64,000 nt of DNA from a virus (IMGVR_UViG_3300050161_000042:24494-88493), one strand, 5' to 3'. Positions 18,490 through 28,354 are shown, counted from the first letter of the stretch. A program made the numbers and translations. The notes: generated by a model from the letters alone, not told the origin.

Positions 18490-20760
18490 ATGGCTGCAAC
18501 AGTATTATATACAAGACAAATAGGTGATGGTCAGATTACAGCGGTTAAAATTGCTGCTGCTGCTGGTATTGAAACATCAAAATTAGCAGATGGTTCAAAC
18601 TTTATTCAAAGAAATGGTTCTGTAGCATTTACAGCTAACCAATCTATGGGTACGTTTAAACTTACTAATCTTGGTGCTGGTACTGCTGCATCTAATGATG
18701 CCGCTAGAATGGCAGACTTGACAAATTTTGCTGTAACAACTGGTACTTTAGCTCAGTTTGCTGCTACTACATCAGCACAACTTGCTGGTATTATTTCAGA
18801 CGAAACTGGTACAGGATCGCTAGTATTTAGTGCTTCTCCTACCTTTACCGGAACTCCGTTAGCTCCAACTGCCGCTGCCGCTACAAATACAACTCAGATT
18901 GCTACAACTGCGTTCGTAAGGACAGAAGTTTCTAACTTAATCAATGGTGCCCCAGGTGCCCTTGATACTCTAGTTGAACTAGCAACAGCACTAGGTAATG
19001 ATCCTAATTTTGCTTCAACTATTACAACAAGCTTAGCTGGTAAAGAGCCAACCATTACTGCTGGTACTACAGCACAATATTGGAGAGGTGATAAAACTTG
19101 GCAGACACTTGATAAGACTGCCGTTGGACTTGGTAACGTTGATAATACTTCTGACGTTAATAAGCCAGTTAGTACTGCAACACAGAATGCCCTAAACTTA
19201 GTAACAGCAAAAGCTGTAGTTGCTACTACTACTTCTGCTAATATTACATTATCTGGTGAACAAACAATTAATGGATTTTTAACATCAGCTTCTAGAATTC
19301 TGGTTAAAGACCAAACAACAGCTACACAAAATGGTATTTATGTTACTGGTGCTGGTGCTTGGACAAGAGCTACAGACTTTGATGCATGGACTGAAATTCC
19401 TGGTGCTACAGTTTGGGTTGTTGGTGGTACATTAGCTAATACTGGTTGGGTTAATACAAATACAACTGGTGGTACTTTAGGTAGCACTAACATTACATTC
19501 GCCCAAAGTGCTGGTACTGGAACATATGAACCAGTTATCACAGCGGGAACTACATCTCAGTACTGGAGAGGGGATAAGACATTCCAAACCCTTAACACCG
19601 CTGCTGTAGCTGAATCGTCTAACCTTTACTTTACTAATGCAAGAGCTATTACTTCAACATTAACAGGCTATACTTCGGGTGCTGGTACAATCTCTGCATC
19701 AGATACAATCATTGGGGCGATTCAAAAGCTAAATGGTAACGTAACTGCCCTGACAACAACAAACGTTGCAGAAGGAACTAACCTTTACTTTACAACAGCT
19801 AGAGTTCTAGCAACCGCCCTAACTGGTTATACAGTTGGTGCTAATTCTGCTTTAGCAGCAACAGATACTGTACTTGGTGCCTTTGGTAAAGTACAAGGAC
19901 AAATCAATGCTAAAGAAGGTACAATCACTTCCGGTACTACAAGCCAGTATTGGAGAGGTGACAAGACTTTCGTTACTCTGGATAGTTCGGTTGTAACAGA
20001 AAATACTAATCTATACTTTACAAACGCTAGGGCAATTGGTTCAACCCTTACTGGATATACATCCGGTGCTGGAACGATCACATCGTCAGATACAGTACTT
20101 TCAGCTATTCAAAAGTTAAACGGTAATACAGCCGCTCTTTCTACTACAAACGTGAGTGAAGGTACAAATCTTTACTTTACTACTGCTAGAGTATTAGCGA
20201 CTGCCCTAACAGGTTTTGCTGTTGGATCAAACGCTACAATTGCTGCTACTGACACTGTTCTTGGAGCTTTCGGTAAAACTCAGGCTCAGATCAACGCTAA
20301 AGAAAACACTATAACAGCAGGTACTACGGCTCAATACTGGAGAGGAGATAAATCTTTCCAAACATTGGATACATCAGCAGTTCCAGAAAACGGTAATCTA
20401 TACTTTACAAATGCTAGAGCTATAGGTGCTACATTAACTGGTTATACATCTGGTGCTGGTACAGTTGCTGCTACAGATAGCATACTTCAAGCTATTCAGA
20501 AGTTAAATGGTAATATCGCAGGTATTATTGCTTCTTCTACAGTTTTCGTAACTAGAGAAACACCATCTGGTTCGGTTAACGGTTCAAATACAACGTTTAC
20601 GTTAGCCTTCACTCCTATAGCGGGGTCGGAAGAATTGTACTTAAATGGCATGATGATGGAACCAGGAGCAGGAAATGATTATACCATATCTGGGGCGACT
20701 ATAACTATGTTAACAGCACCAACAACAGGTGAAAAGATTAGAGTTAACTACAGAAGATAA
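18490..20760 (+). CDS. Long tail fibre protein with internal tandem repeats
   Basis: TQIATTAFV / LDTL.ELA.ALGNDPNFA and GLGNVDNTSD fibre repeats, 129-aa tandem units, and a C-terminal ETPSG.VNG.N..F...LYLNG...DY domain. Confidence 0.75.
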   Translation: MAATVLYTRQIGDGQITAVKIAAAAGIETSKLADGSNFIQRNGSVAFTANQSMGTFKLTNLGAGTAASNDAARMADLTNFAVTTGTLAQFAATTSAQLAGIISDETGTGSLVFSASPTFTGTPLAPTAAAATNTTQIATTAFVRTEVSNLINGAPGALDTLVELATALGNDPNFASTITTSLAGKEPTITAGTTAQYWRGDKTWQTLDKTAVGLGNVDNTSDVNKPVSTATQNALNLVTAKAVVATTTSANITLSGEQTINGFLTSASRILVKDQTTATQNGIYVTGAGAWTRATDFDAWTEIPGATVWVVGGTLANTGWVNTNTTGGTLGSTNITFAQSAGTGTYEPVITAGTTSQYWRGDKTFQTLNTAAVAESSNLYFTNARAITSTLTGYTSGAGTISASDTIIGAIQKLNGNVTALTTTNVAEGTNLYFTTARVLATALTGYTVGANSALAATDTVLGAFGKVQGQINAKEGTITSGTTSQYWRGDKTFVTLDSSVVTENTNLYFTNARAIGSTLTGYTSGAGTITSSDTVLSAIQKLNGNTAALSTTNVSEGTNLYFTTARVLATALTGFAVGSNATIAATDTVLGAFGKTQAQINAKENTITAGTTAQYWRGDKSFQTLDTSAVPENGNLYFTNARAIGATLTGYTSGAGTVAATDSILQAIQKLNGNIAGIIASSTVFVTRETPSGSVNGSNTTFTLAFTPIAGSEELYLNGMMMEPGAGNDYTISGATITMLTAPTTGEKIRVNYRR
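19546..20514 (+). repeat. Intragenic tandem repeat, 387-bp (129-aa) period, ~2.5 copies
   Basis: The YWRGDK tyrosine codons fall at 19561, 19948 and 20335 (exact 387-bp spacing). A short partial copy lies near 19063. Confidence 0.9.
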
Positions 20761-20763
20761 TAG

Positions 20764-23253
20764 ATGCCAGCAACACTGTTTCAAACAAGACAACTAACAG
20801 ACAACTTGATTATAAATACCAAGTTGTCTGATATGGTTTCACAGACAATAAAAGGAAGAGTAACAGCAGGAACAGGAGATCCAGAAGATCTTACTTCTAC
20901 GCAAGTTCGCTCTATTCTTGGTTTATCTACAACTGATGTTGTACAGTTTGGAAATCTAAATAGTAAAAATTTTAGTATTGCTGTTCCTACTACTATAAAT
21001 GATGGTATTGATATTTGTACAATTACTAATGGTAATTATGCAACTTGTATAAATATTGATTTCTGTGTTCATGATAGCGGATTTGCTATCTCTAAAAAGT
21101 ACACATTTGCAGCGTTCTACAATGATACTAATAATGTTTGGTTTAAGCTTGTTCCTATAAGTTCTAGTGGTGCTTATGGTGGAAATGATTGTGAACTAGA
21201 TATAAAAACTAGTACTAATACAACAACAATCAGATTTAGAAGAACAGCAGGATCTGGTGGAGGAACTGGTAGATTTTCTGTTTCTGTGGGTGGAGATCCT
21301 TCTGGTACAACAATAGCAAGTTCTAGCACAACATATACAGCTATTAGTGGTTTATCAGATTACAATCAAACTGCCACAACAACTTTAGGTGGTAATGTAG
21401 GAATTGGAATTGGTGTTCCTACCTCAAAGTTACATGTTGTTGGAACAACTTCTACATCAACTTTATTTTGCCCTGGCAATAATAGTTACATAAATACAGC
21501 AGACGATAATTACCTAGGTGGAGTTACTTATTTTCGTAGTAAAGGTGGCGGCGGTAATAAACTTAGTATAGATGGACCAACTGGTAACTTAAATTCCGCA
21601 GGAGCTTTTTTAGTAGTAGGAAATATAGTATCTTTAGCAACAGTACAGGGTGCTATAGGATACTTTACTGGTGCTGACAGTACATATGTGGGAAAGTTTT
21701 CTGGGACTTCATACGGATTAAGAATGCTTTCCGTAGCAAGTACTGGATTTTATGTCGAGGCTGTTGATCCCACATTCGCTTCTACATATCAACCACTTAT
21801 TCTTGGTGGTTCTGCGATTACTTTAAATCAAAATACTACGATTGTTGGAACAATAAAAAATACATCTGCTTCTAGTGCTTTAAATAATGGATATAGAGCA
21901 GCATTTGGGATAGCAGCAAGAATTATTGGCACTACAGCACCAGAGTTTGAACTCTGGCATGATGGTCAAAGCGTAGGGCAATTTAAGTATGATACAGGCG
22001 TATTGAAATATGGAACACACGGAGGAGGTGGTACTCCTAGTTTTACAATGCTTTCGGTTGCTCCAACTGCATTGGTGTTTAATCACTATGGACAAAGCGG
22101 TGCTATTGAAATAAGTACTGGTGGTATTGCTGGTACTGTGGCGTCTCCTTTAAATATGGAATTGTTATTTAGAGGATACGGAACACCTAAAGCTAAAATA
22201 AGTTGCCCAGAAGTATCTGGTAATTATGGAACGACACACTTAGCTTTCTTTGTTGAAAATTCTTCTAATGTTTTGACTGAATCACTTAGACTTGCTAGAC
22301 TAACTGGTAATCTATTAGTACAAACAGTAGCAGACGCTGGAAATTCCCTAAGTGTTGCAACATATGGCAGTGCTTCAACTAATAAAAAACTTGTTTACTT
22401 TAGACAAGCAGACGATAGTGGATATACGTGGAACTTAGATACTAGTACAACTGGTGATATGTTTCTTAGGGCGGTTAATACTGGTTCAGAAAACTCAACG
22501 CCGATGATGACGTTTTCAAGAGCAAACAATAATGTAAAAATACAAGAGCTTATTGTTGGATCAACTGTAAAAATAATAACTTCTGGATCTGGGGCTGTTC
22601 TTCGTAGTAGTACCACAAATATTTTAGAAGTAAGAAATAGCACAAATACAGCTATGGGAGATATGTATTGTGGTCGTGCTGTAGTTAATTACCTAGATGT
22701 AGAATATAGAAATTTTACTTTAATAGATCCAGCTAATGATGAAGTAACTACAATTGAAATAGATGATGGAGCTTTAACGGTTAATCAAACAACTTATGGT
22801 TTGAGAACTATAAGTTATGTTGGTCACACTCATACACTATCTAACTTAACTCAATCTGGAGCTACATCAAACCAAGTTCCACAATGGAATGGTTCAGCTT
22901 GGGTTCCTGTAACATTATCTAGTGGTGGTTTAACATGGACTATAGTTACAGCAGATGGTGCTATGTCACCTTCTAATGGATATATAGCTAATAAGGGTAC
23001 ATTACTAACAATGTCACTTCCTACAACTTGTGCGACGGGAACTATCATAAGACTGTCTGGTATGAATGCTGGTCTATGGAAAATTTCACAAGCAGCGGGG
23101 CAATCTATTAAGTTCGGAAATCAGTCAACAACAGCAGGAACTGGTGGATATCTAGCTAGTGTATTAACTTATGACGCAGTAGAATTGATCTGTATTGTAG
23201 CGAATACTACATGGATGGTAATTTCATCCGTAGGTAATATTACGGTGGTGTAA
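20764..23253 (+). CDS. Tail fibre protein
   Basis: TKLSDMVSQTIKGRVTAGTGDPEDLT shaft repeat, GNVGIG fibre motif, GHTH, and a C-terminal SNGYIAN...LP...G beta domain. Confidence 0.7.
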   Translation: MPATLFQTRQLTDNLIINTKLSDMVSQTIKGRVTAGTGDPEDLTSTQVRSILGLSTTDVVQFGNLNSKNFSIAVPTTINDGIDICTITNGNYATCINIDFCVHDSGFAISKKYTFAAFYNDTNNVWFKLVPISSSGAYGGNDCELDIKTSTNTTTIRFRRTAGSGGGTGRFSVSVGGDPSGTTIASSSTTYTAISGLSDYNQTATTTLGGNVGIGIGVPTSKLHVVGTTSTSTLFCPGNNSYINTADDNYLGGVTYFRSKGGGGNKLSIDGPTGNLNSAGAFLVVGNIVSLATVQGAIGYFTGADSTYVGKFSGTSYGLRMLSVASTGFYVEAVDPTFASTYQPLILGGSAITLNQNTTIVGTIKNTSASSALNNGYRAAFGIAARIIGTTAPEFELWHDGQSVGQFKYDTGVLKYGTHGGGGTPSFTMLSVAPTALVFNHYGQSGAIEISTGGIAGTVASPLNMELLFRGYGTPKAKISCPEVSGNYGTTHLAFFVENSSNVLTESLRLARLTGNLLVQTVADAGNSLSVATYGSASTNKKLVYFRQADDSGYTWNLDTSTTGDMFLRAVNTGSENSTPMMTFSRANNNVKIQELIVGSTVKIITSGSGAVLRSSTTNILEVRNSTNTAMGDMYCGRAVVNYLDVEYRNFTLIDPANDEVTTIEIDDGALTVNQTTYGLRTISYVGHTHTLSNLTQSGATSNQVPQWNGSAWVPVTLSSGGLTWTIVTADGAMSPSNGYIANKGTLLTMSLPTTCATGTIIRLSGMNAGLWKISQAAGQSIKFGNQSTTAGTGGYLASVLTYDAVELICIVANTTWMVISSVGNITVV

Positions 23254-23957
23254 TGGGATCATTTACAGGATCATCAATTACTGGAGTTTCTAGTATTTAT
23301 TTTTGTGATATGCCTAATATAGATGGCTTAGTGCTTAAATTAGATGCTAGTAGTATTTCGGCAAATGATGGAGACGCATTAACTGTTTGGAAAGATGTTA
23401 GTGGTAATGCTTATAATGCTACACCAGTTACTGGTTCGCCTGTTTACAAAACAAATATATTGAATGGTAAACCAATAGTAAGATTTACAGCCTCAAATAC
23501 AGATGGTATGAGATCTATTGTTCCCGTTTCAAGTACATATACATTATTTTCTGTGGCTAGGATGAGAGACTTATCAAGCCCAGGAAGAATCATAGCTTCT
23601 ATCTATCCAGAAAAAGCTAACTACTTAGCTGGATGGTGGGGAGGATACGAAAGCACTTTTTATGCAGAAGGTTGGGTAAAAAGTGGTACTGTCTCAGTTA
23701 CAACTAACTGGCATCAATATACTACAAAGGGCGATGGTACTACAAGTACGTTTTATGAATCTGGTACATCACTAGCTTCAAATACTGCTGGAGTAAGTAG
23801 CCCAAATGGTGGTATTGCCCTATCAGGTTATGCTCTTGCTTCAAGTACAGAAATGTCAAATTGTGATATAGCGGAAGTAATCCTTTATAATAGGGTACTT
23901 TCAGATACAGAAAGAGGATCAATAGAATCTTACTTATTAAGTAAATACGGACTATAA
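23253..23957 (+). CDS. Concanavalin A-like/LamG domain protein
   Basis: GLVLKLDAS...W.DVSGN...P.Y..NILNG.PIVRF and IAEVILYNRVLSD.ER..IE.YL..KYG, a typical LamG-like virion lectin. Confidence 0.75.
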   Translation: MGSFTGSSITGVSSIYFCDMPNIDGLVLKLDASSISANDGDALTVWKDVSGNAYNATPVTGSPVYKTNILNGKPIVRFTASNTDGMRSIVPVSSTYTLFSVARMRDLSSPGRIIASIYPEKANYLAGWWGGYESTFYAEGWVKSGTVSVTTNWHQYTTKGDGTTSTFYESGTSLASNTAGVSSPNGGIALSGYALASSTEMSNCDIAEVILYNRVLSDTERGSIESYLLSKYGL

Positions 23958-23958
23958 C

Positions 23959-26900
23959 ATGGCTCAGAATTCAGTAAATTTAAAAGCAACAAATAACTCA
24001 GACGGTTTTGATGTAGCTGGTGGAACAACAACCAGAAAGCTTACAATAACTGGGGGCGATTCTACGTTAAATGGTTCTGGATCAGCTACGCATACTTTTC
24101 CTAGTACATCTTCTACTCTAGCTAGAATTGATGCTGGTCAAACATTTACCGGAACTCAAATATTTTCTAGCGTTATTACTGGATCGATAAGCGGTAATGC
24201 TGGAACAGCAACTACACTACAAACTGCAAGAGCAATATACGGGAATAATTTTGATGGTAGTGCTGCCCTAGCTCAAATCATAGCTAGTACATTTGGTGGA
24301 ACTGGTAATGGTTTTACTAAGTTTGCAGGTCCAACAACAGCAGAAAAAACTAAGACACTAAGAGATGCAAATGATACAATTCTTGAATTAGGTGGATCAT
24401 ACACGCCGACTGGAACTTGGACATCTTTAACTCTAGTTACTCCAGTACTTGGAACGCCAGTATCTGGTAACTTTTCTACTGGTACATTTACTTGGCCCAC
24501 ATTTAATCAAAGCACTACTGGTAATGCAGCAACTGCAACAGCTTTACAAACCGCTAGAACTATCAATGGAGTATCATTTAATGGTACTGCTAATATAACA
24601 GTACCCGCTGCCGGTTCTACTCTTACAGATACTGTTCCTGTAGGTAAAGGAGGAACTGGCTTAACCGCCATAGGAACTTCGCTACAAGTATTAAGAACTA
24701 ATTCAACTGCTACAGGTTTAGAGTGGGCAACAATATCTTCTGGTAGCGGTACTGTTACATCTATTACACTTACACAACCAGCCGCTGGTTTAACAATTAC
24801 TGGAACTGGTACTGCAATAACATCTACTGGTACTCCTACTTTTGCTCTAGCTAACGATTTAGCTGCCGTGGAAGGATTAGCTACTACAGGTATTGTAAGA
24901 AGAACTGCTACAGATACATGGACAGCAGGAACGGCGGTTTCGTTATCAACAGAAGTAACTGGAAATCTACCTGTTACTAATCTAGGATCTGGTACTGGTG
25001 CTTCTTCTTCTACATTCTGGAGAGGAGACGGAACTTGGGCTACTCCTGGTGGTGGAGGAAACGTATCTAACTCTGGTACTCCTACAGCAGGACAAGCAGC
25101 AGAATGGACTAGCTCTACAGTTATACAAGGCGTTGCCGTAACTGGTACTGGTAACTATGTAAAAGCTACTTCTCCAACACTTACTACTCCTACTTTAGGT
25201 GTTGCTTCTGCTACTACAATAAATAAAGTCACGATAACGGCCCCAACTACTTCTGCTACATTAACAATAGCTGACGGTGCAACACTTACTGCATCTGCTA
25301 CTGCGTCAGTAAGTGGAACCAACACTGGTGATAATGCCGTAAACAGTTTATACTCAGGTCTTGTAAGTAATGCGACACACACAGGAGATGCGACTGGTGC
25401 TACAGCTTTAACTGTTGTTAGAATCAATGGAGTTGCCCTAAGTGGTCTAGCTACAGGTCTTCTTAAGAATACAACAAGTACTGGCGTTCCTAGTATAGCT
25501 GTAGCTGGTACTGATTACATAGTTCCAGGTGGTGCTTTAGGTACTCCTTCAAGTGGTACTTTAACAAACGTAAGTGGACTTCCTATATCAGGAATTTCTG
25601 GTTTAGGTACTGGTGTAGCTACAGCTTTAGCCGCAGCAGTAACTGGTTCTGGTGGTATTGTTTTAGCTACAAGTCCAACACTAACTACTCCAGTGCTTGG
25701 TGTTGCTTCTGCTACTACAATTAATAAAGTAACTATTACTGCTCCAGCAACTGGATCAACCTTAACTATAGTAGATGGTGCAACATTAACCGCATCAGCT
25801 ACTGCTTCAGTAAGCGGCACAAACACAGGAGATCAAACTACGGTTTCTGGAAATGCAGGTACGGCAACAGCCCTACAAACAGCAAGAACTATAAATGGTG
25901 TTTCGTTTAATGGAACAGCAAATATAACAGTTCCAGCGGCTGGTTCAACACTCACTGATACAGTTACTGTAGCAAAAGGAGGAACTGGATTAACAGCCCT
26001 CGGTACTTCACTTCAAGTCTTAAGAACAAATGCAGCAGCAACAGCTATGGAATGGGCTACTGTAGGTGGAAGTGGAACTGTTACATCAATAACACTAACT
26101 CAACCAGCGGCTGGATTGACTATAACTGGTACAGGTACAGCTATTACCACAACAGGTACTCCAACATTCGCCCTAGCTAATGACTTAGCCGCTGTCGAAG
26201 GATTGGCTACTACTGGTATAGTAAGAAGAACAGCAACAGATACATGGTCTGCTGGTACTGCCGTATCACTTGCTACAGAAGTTACAGGCAATCTTCCAGT
26301 AACTAATCTAAACTCTGGGACATCAGCATCATCTACGACATTCTGGTGTGGTAATGGTACATGGGCAACACCATCTGGAGGTAGCGGTGGTGTTACTAAA
26401 GTTATTAACGTGTTTACATCTTCTGGTACTTGGACAAAGCCAGCTAATGCTAAGCTTGTACATATTGAAGTTATAACCCCAGGGCAAAGTGGGTATGGTG
26501 GTGGTAGATACAAAAATAATCCACTAGGGACAAATTCATACGATGGAGGAAGAGGTGGAGTTCCAGGTTCTATTCTAAGAATGATGAATTTGGACGCTAC
26601 AGCTTTGGGATCGACTGAAACAGTAACTGTTGGTGCTTCAAGTACTCCAGGGGCAGCTAATGCTACAACAGCTAATCCTAGTGCCCCAACAAATCCAGGT
26701 AATTCATCTTTTGGTGTTTATAGAGCTTTATTCAATACAGAGCCAGGAGCACAGTTAGCTGGATCATTATATGCAGCAGACAAATCTGGTAATGGTGGAA
26801 GTGGTGTTAATAGCTTATCAGGTTTAGGTGGTGCTGGAAGCAGTAGTGCTGGACCAGGAAATACTCCAGTTACAAGTCTAAGATTTGCATCATCCGGTGG

Positions 26901-27279
26901 TGGTGGTGGTGCTGGAGTAACAGGTTCTGCCGCAGCAAATGGTGGTGCTGGTGGAATCATAGCAACAGCTTGTGGTGCAGATCCAACTGGTGCTTTTGTT
27001 AATGAAAGATTTTTAAACAGTAATGCCGCAGGCGGTACTACTGGTGGAACTAAAACAGGATCTAATGGGACACAGGTGGCAGGAATGTATATTGGTTATG
27101 GTGGTGGTGGTGGAGCTTCTTCATTCGGGTCAGCAGCGGGTGCTGGTGGTAATGGTGGAGGATATGGATCAGGCGGTGGTGGTGGTGGAGCTTGTGCTGG
27201 TACTGGAACTTATAATTCTGGTGCTGGTGGACAAGGCGGACCTGGGATAGTGGTCGTAATCACGGAGTCATGGACATAA
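23959..27279 (+). CDS. Long tail fibre with internal duplications and glycine-rich tip
   Basis: LQTARTINGVSFNGTANIT fibre repeats, duplicated 176-aa and 56-aa blocks, then VFTSSGTWTKP followed by GGGGG-rich C-terminal domain. Confidence 0.8.
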   Translation: MAQNSVNLKATNNSDGFDVAGGTTTRKLTITGGDSTLNGSGSATHTFPSTSSTLARIDAGQTFTGTQIFSSVITGSISGNAGTATTLQTARAIYGNNFDGSAALAQIIASTFGGTGNGFTKFAGPTTAEKTKTLRDANDTILELGGSYTPTGTWTSLTLVTPVLGTPVSGNFSTGTFTWPTFNQSTTGNAATATALQTARTINGVSFNGTANITVPAAGSTLTDTVPVGKGGTGLTAIGTSLQVLRTNSTATGLEWATISSGSGTVTSITLTQPAAGLTITGTGTAITSTGTPTFALANDLAAVEGLATTGIVRRTATDTWTAGTAVSLSTEVTGNLPVTNLGSGTGASSSTFWRGDGTWATPGGGGNVSNSGTPTAGQAAEWTSSTVIQGVAVTGTGNYVKATSPTLTTPTLGVASATTINKVTITAPTTSATLTIADGATLTASATASVSGTNTGDNAVNSLYSGLVSNATHTGDATGATALTVVRINGVALSGLATGLLKNTTSTGVPSIAVAGTDYIVPGGALGTPSSGTLTNVSGLPISGISGLGTGVATALAAAVTGSGGIVLATSPTLTTPVLGVASATTINKVTITAPATGSTLTIVDGATLTASATASVSGTNTGDQTTVSGNAGTATALQTARTINGVSFNGTANITVPAAGSTLTDTVTVAKGGTGLTALGTSLQVLRTNAAATAMEWATVGGSGTVTSITLTQPAAGLTITGTGTAITTTGTPTFALANDLAAVEGLATTGIVRRTATDTWSAGTAVSLATEVTGNLPVTNLNSGTSASSTTFWCGNGTWATPSGGSGGVTKVINVFTSSGTWTKPANAKLVHIEVITPGQSGYGGGRYKNNPLGTNSYDGGRGGVPGSILRMMNLDATALGSTETVTVGASSTPGAANATTANPSAPTNPGNSSFGVYRALFNTEPGAQLAGSLYAADKSGNGGSGVNSLSGLGGAGSSSAGPGNTPVTSLRFASSGGGGGAGVTGSAAANGGAGGIIATACGADPTGAFVNERFLNSNAAGGTTGGTKTGSNGTQVAGMYIGYGGGGGASSFGSAAGAGGNGGGYGSGGGGGGACAGTGTYNSGAGGQGGPGIVVVITESWT
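24520..26373 (+). repeat. Dispersed intragenic duplication (~176 aa at 24520-25047 and ~25849-26373; 56-aa pair at 25165 and 25666)
   Basis: Near-identical peptide copies offset by ~1329 bp; the second pair is offset by 501 bp. Confidence 0.9.
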
Positions 27280-27965
27280 TGAAACTATTAGTAGTAACTC
27301 CGTACCATAGAAATATCTGCGAAGAAACAGAAAACCTTTTAAAATATTTAGAAACTAAGTACACTGTCTGGAGGGCAAGCAATTGTTCGGCTATAGATAT
27401 GTGTAGGTCAATGATTGCCAGTTTCGCCCTAGATAATCACTATGATGCAATTCTCTGGATAGATAGTGATATAGAAGTTTCAAATGAAGATATAGACGAA
27501 TTTATCTTGAACTATGAAAGCCTAGGAAGATATAGTTTCTTCTTTGCTCCATATTTAAGAAAAGATGCAAACTTTGCCGCTCTCACACTAACAGAAAACG
27601 GATACAAACATCAATATTTAAAAAATTATAGATATTGTGATACAGAGGGATGTGGATTTGGGTGTACATTATTAGGTGTAGATGTATTGAATACAATCAA
27701 AGATACATACAAAATGAAAAGATGTATGTCTGCTGATTACACTTGTTTCCTACCTTTCTTTATTCCTATGGTTATAGAGAAGAATATTGATGGAGTAGAA
27801 GTACCAGGGACATATTTTACCGAAGACTACGCTTTTTGTCATAGGGCAAAATCCTGCGGAATAAATATTACTACTGACAGAAAACCAAAGGTGATACATA
27901 TTGGAGAGACCAAACTTGTCTTACCAAAAATTGACGATTTTTATGGATTACAAAGTGAAGTATGA
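27279..27965 (+). CDS. Glycosyltransferase, GT-A/GT2-like
   Basis: LLVVTP N-terminal strand, R..I...L...YD.ILWIDSDI (DxD), GFGCTLL, EDYAFCHRAK..G..I..D....HIG. Start 27279 (TAATG overlap) preferred over 27270. Confidence 0.8.
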   Translation: MKLLVVTPYHRNICEETENLLKYLETKYTVWRASNCSAIDMCRSMIASFALDNHYDAILWIDSDIEVSNEDIDEFILNYESLGRYSFFFAPYLRKDANFAALTLTENGYKHQYLKNYRYCDTEGCGFGCTLLGVDVLNTIKDTYKMKRCMSADYTCFLPFFIPMVIEKNIDGVEVPGTYFTEDYAFCHRAKSCGINITTDRKPKVIHIGETKLVLPKIDDFYGLQSEV

Positions 27966-28354
27966 TTTACTCAATAGTTAAAGATGGAAAAACCATAAAC
28001 ATAATTGAATGGGATGGAGTTACAGAGCTTAAGCTACCAGAAGGGGAAACTCTAGTTCCACAAGATCAAGCTCCAGAATATTCGCCCAAAGTAGAAAATT
28101 ATCATATTCCTAGTACAATTACTCCTGCTCAATTAAGAATTTGGCTAGTGAGAAATGGGCTAAGTATGAATACTATTGAGATGTTACTTAATAGTATGAA
28201 GGATGAAAAGAAACGTGAGGAAGCTAAGATTAGATGGGAATTTGGACTAAGTATTGGTATTGAGGATCAAATTTTTAAATTGCTTGGTGGCTTTATGATC
28301 TTAACAGATGCTCAAAAAGAACAGATAATGATAGAAGCGTCAAGAATAGTTTAA
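27962..28354 (+). CDS. Tail-fibre assembly/chaperone-like protein
   Basis: ITPAQLRIWL..NGL...A.IRWE...L..LTD.Q...I..EA pattern seen in small proteins downstream of fibre genes. Confidence 0.5.
   Translation: MIYSIVKDGKTINIIEWDGVTELKLPEGETLVPQDQAPEYSPKVENYHIPSTITPAQLRIWLVRNGLSMNTIEMLLNSMKDEKKREEAKIRWEFGLSIGIEDQIFKLLGGFMILTDAQKEQIMIEASRIV

Noticed and set aside
10816-28354. Diversity-generating retroelement or invertible fibre cassette
   Set aside because: No reverse transcriptase or invertase, no near-identical template/variable repeat pair differing at adenines, and no inverted recombination sites. Repeats are in-frame and synonymously diverged.
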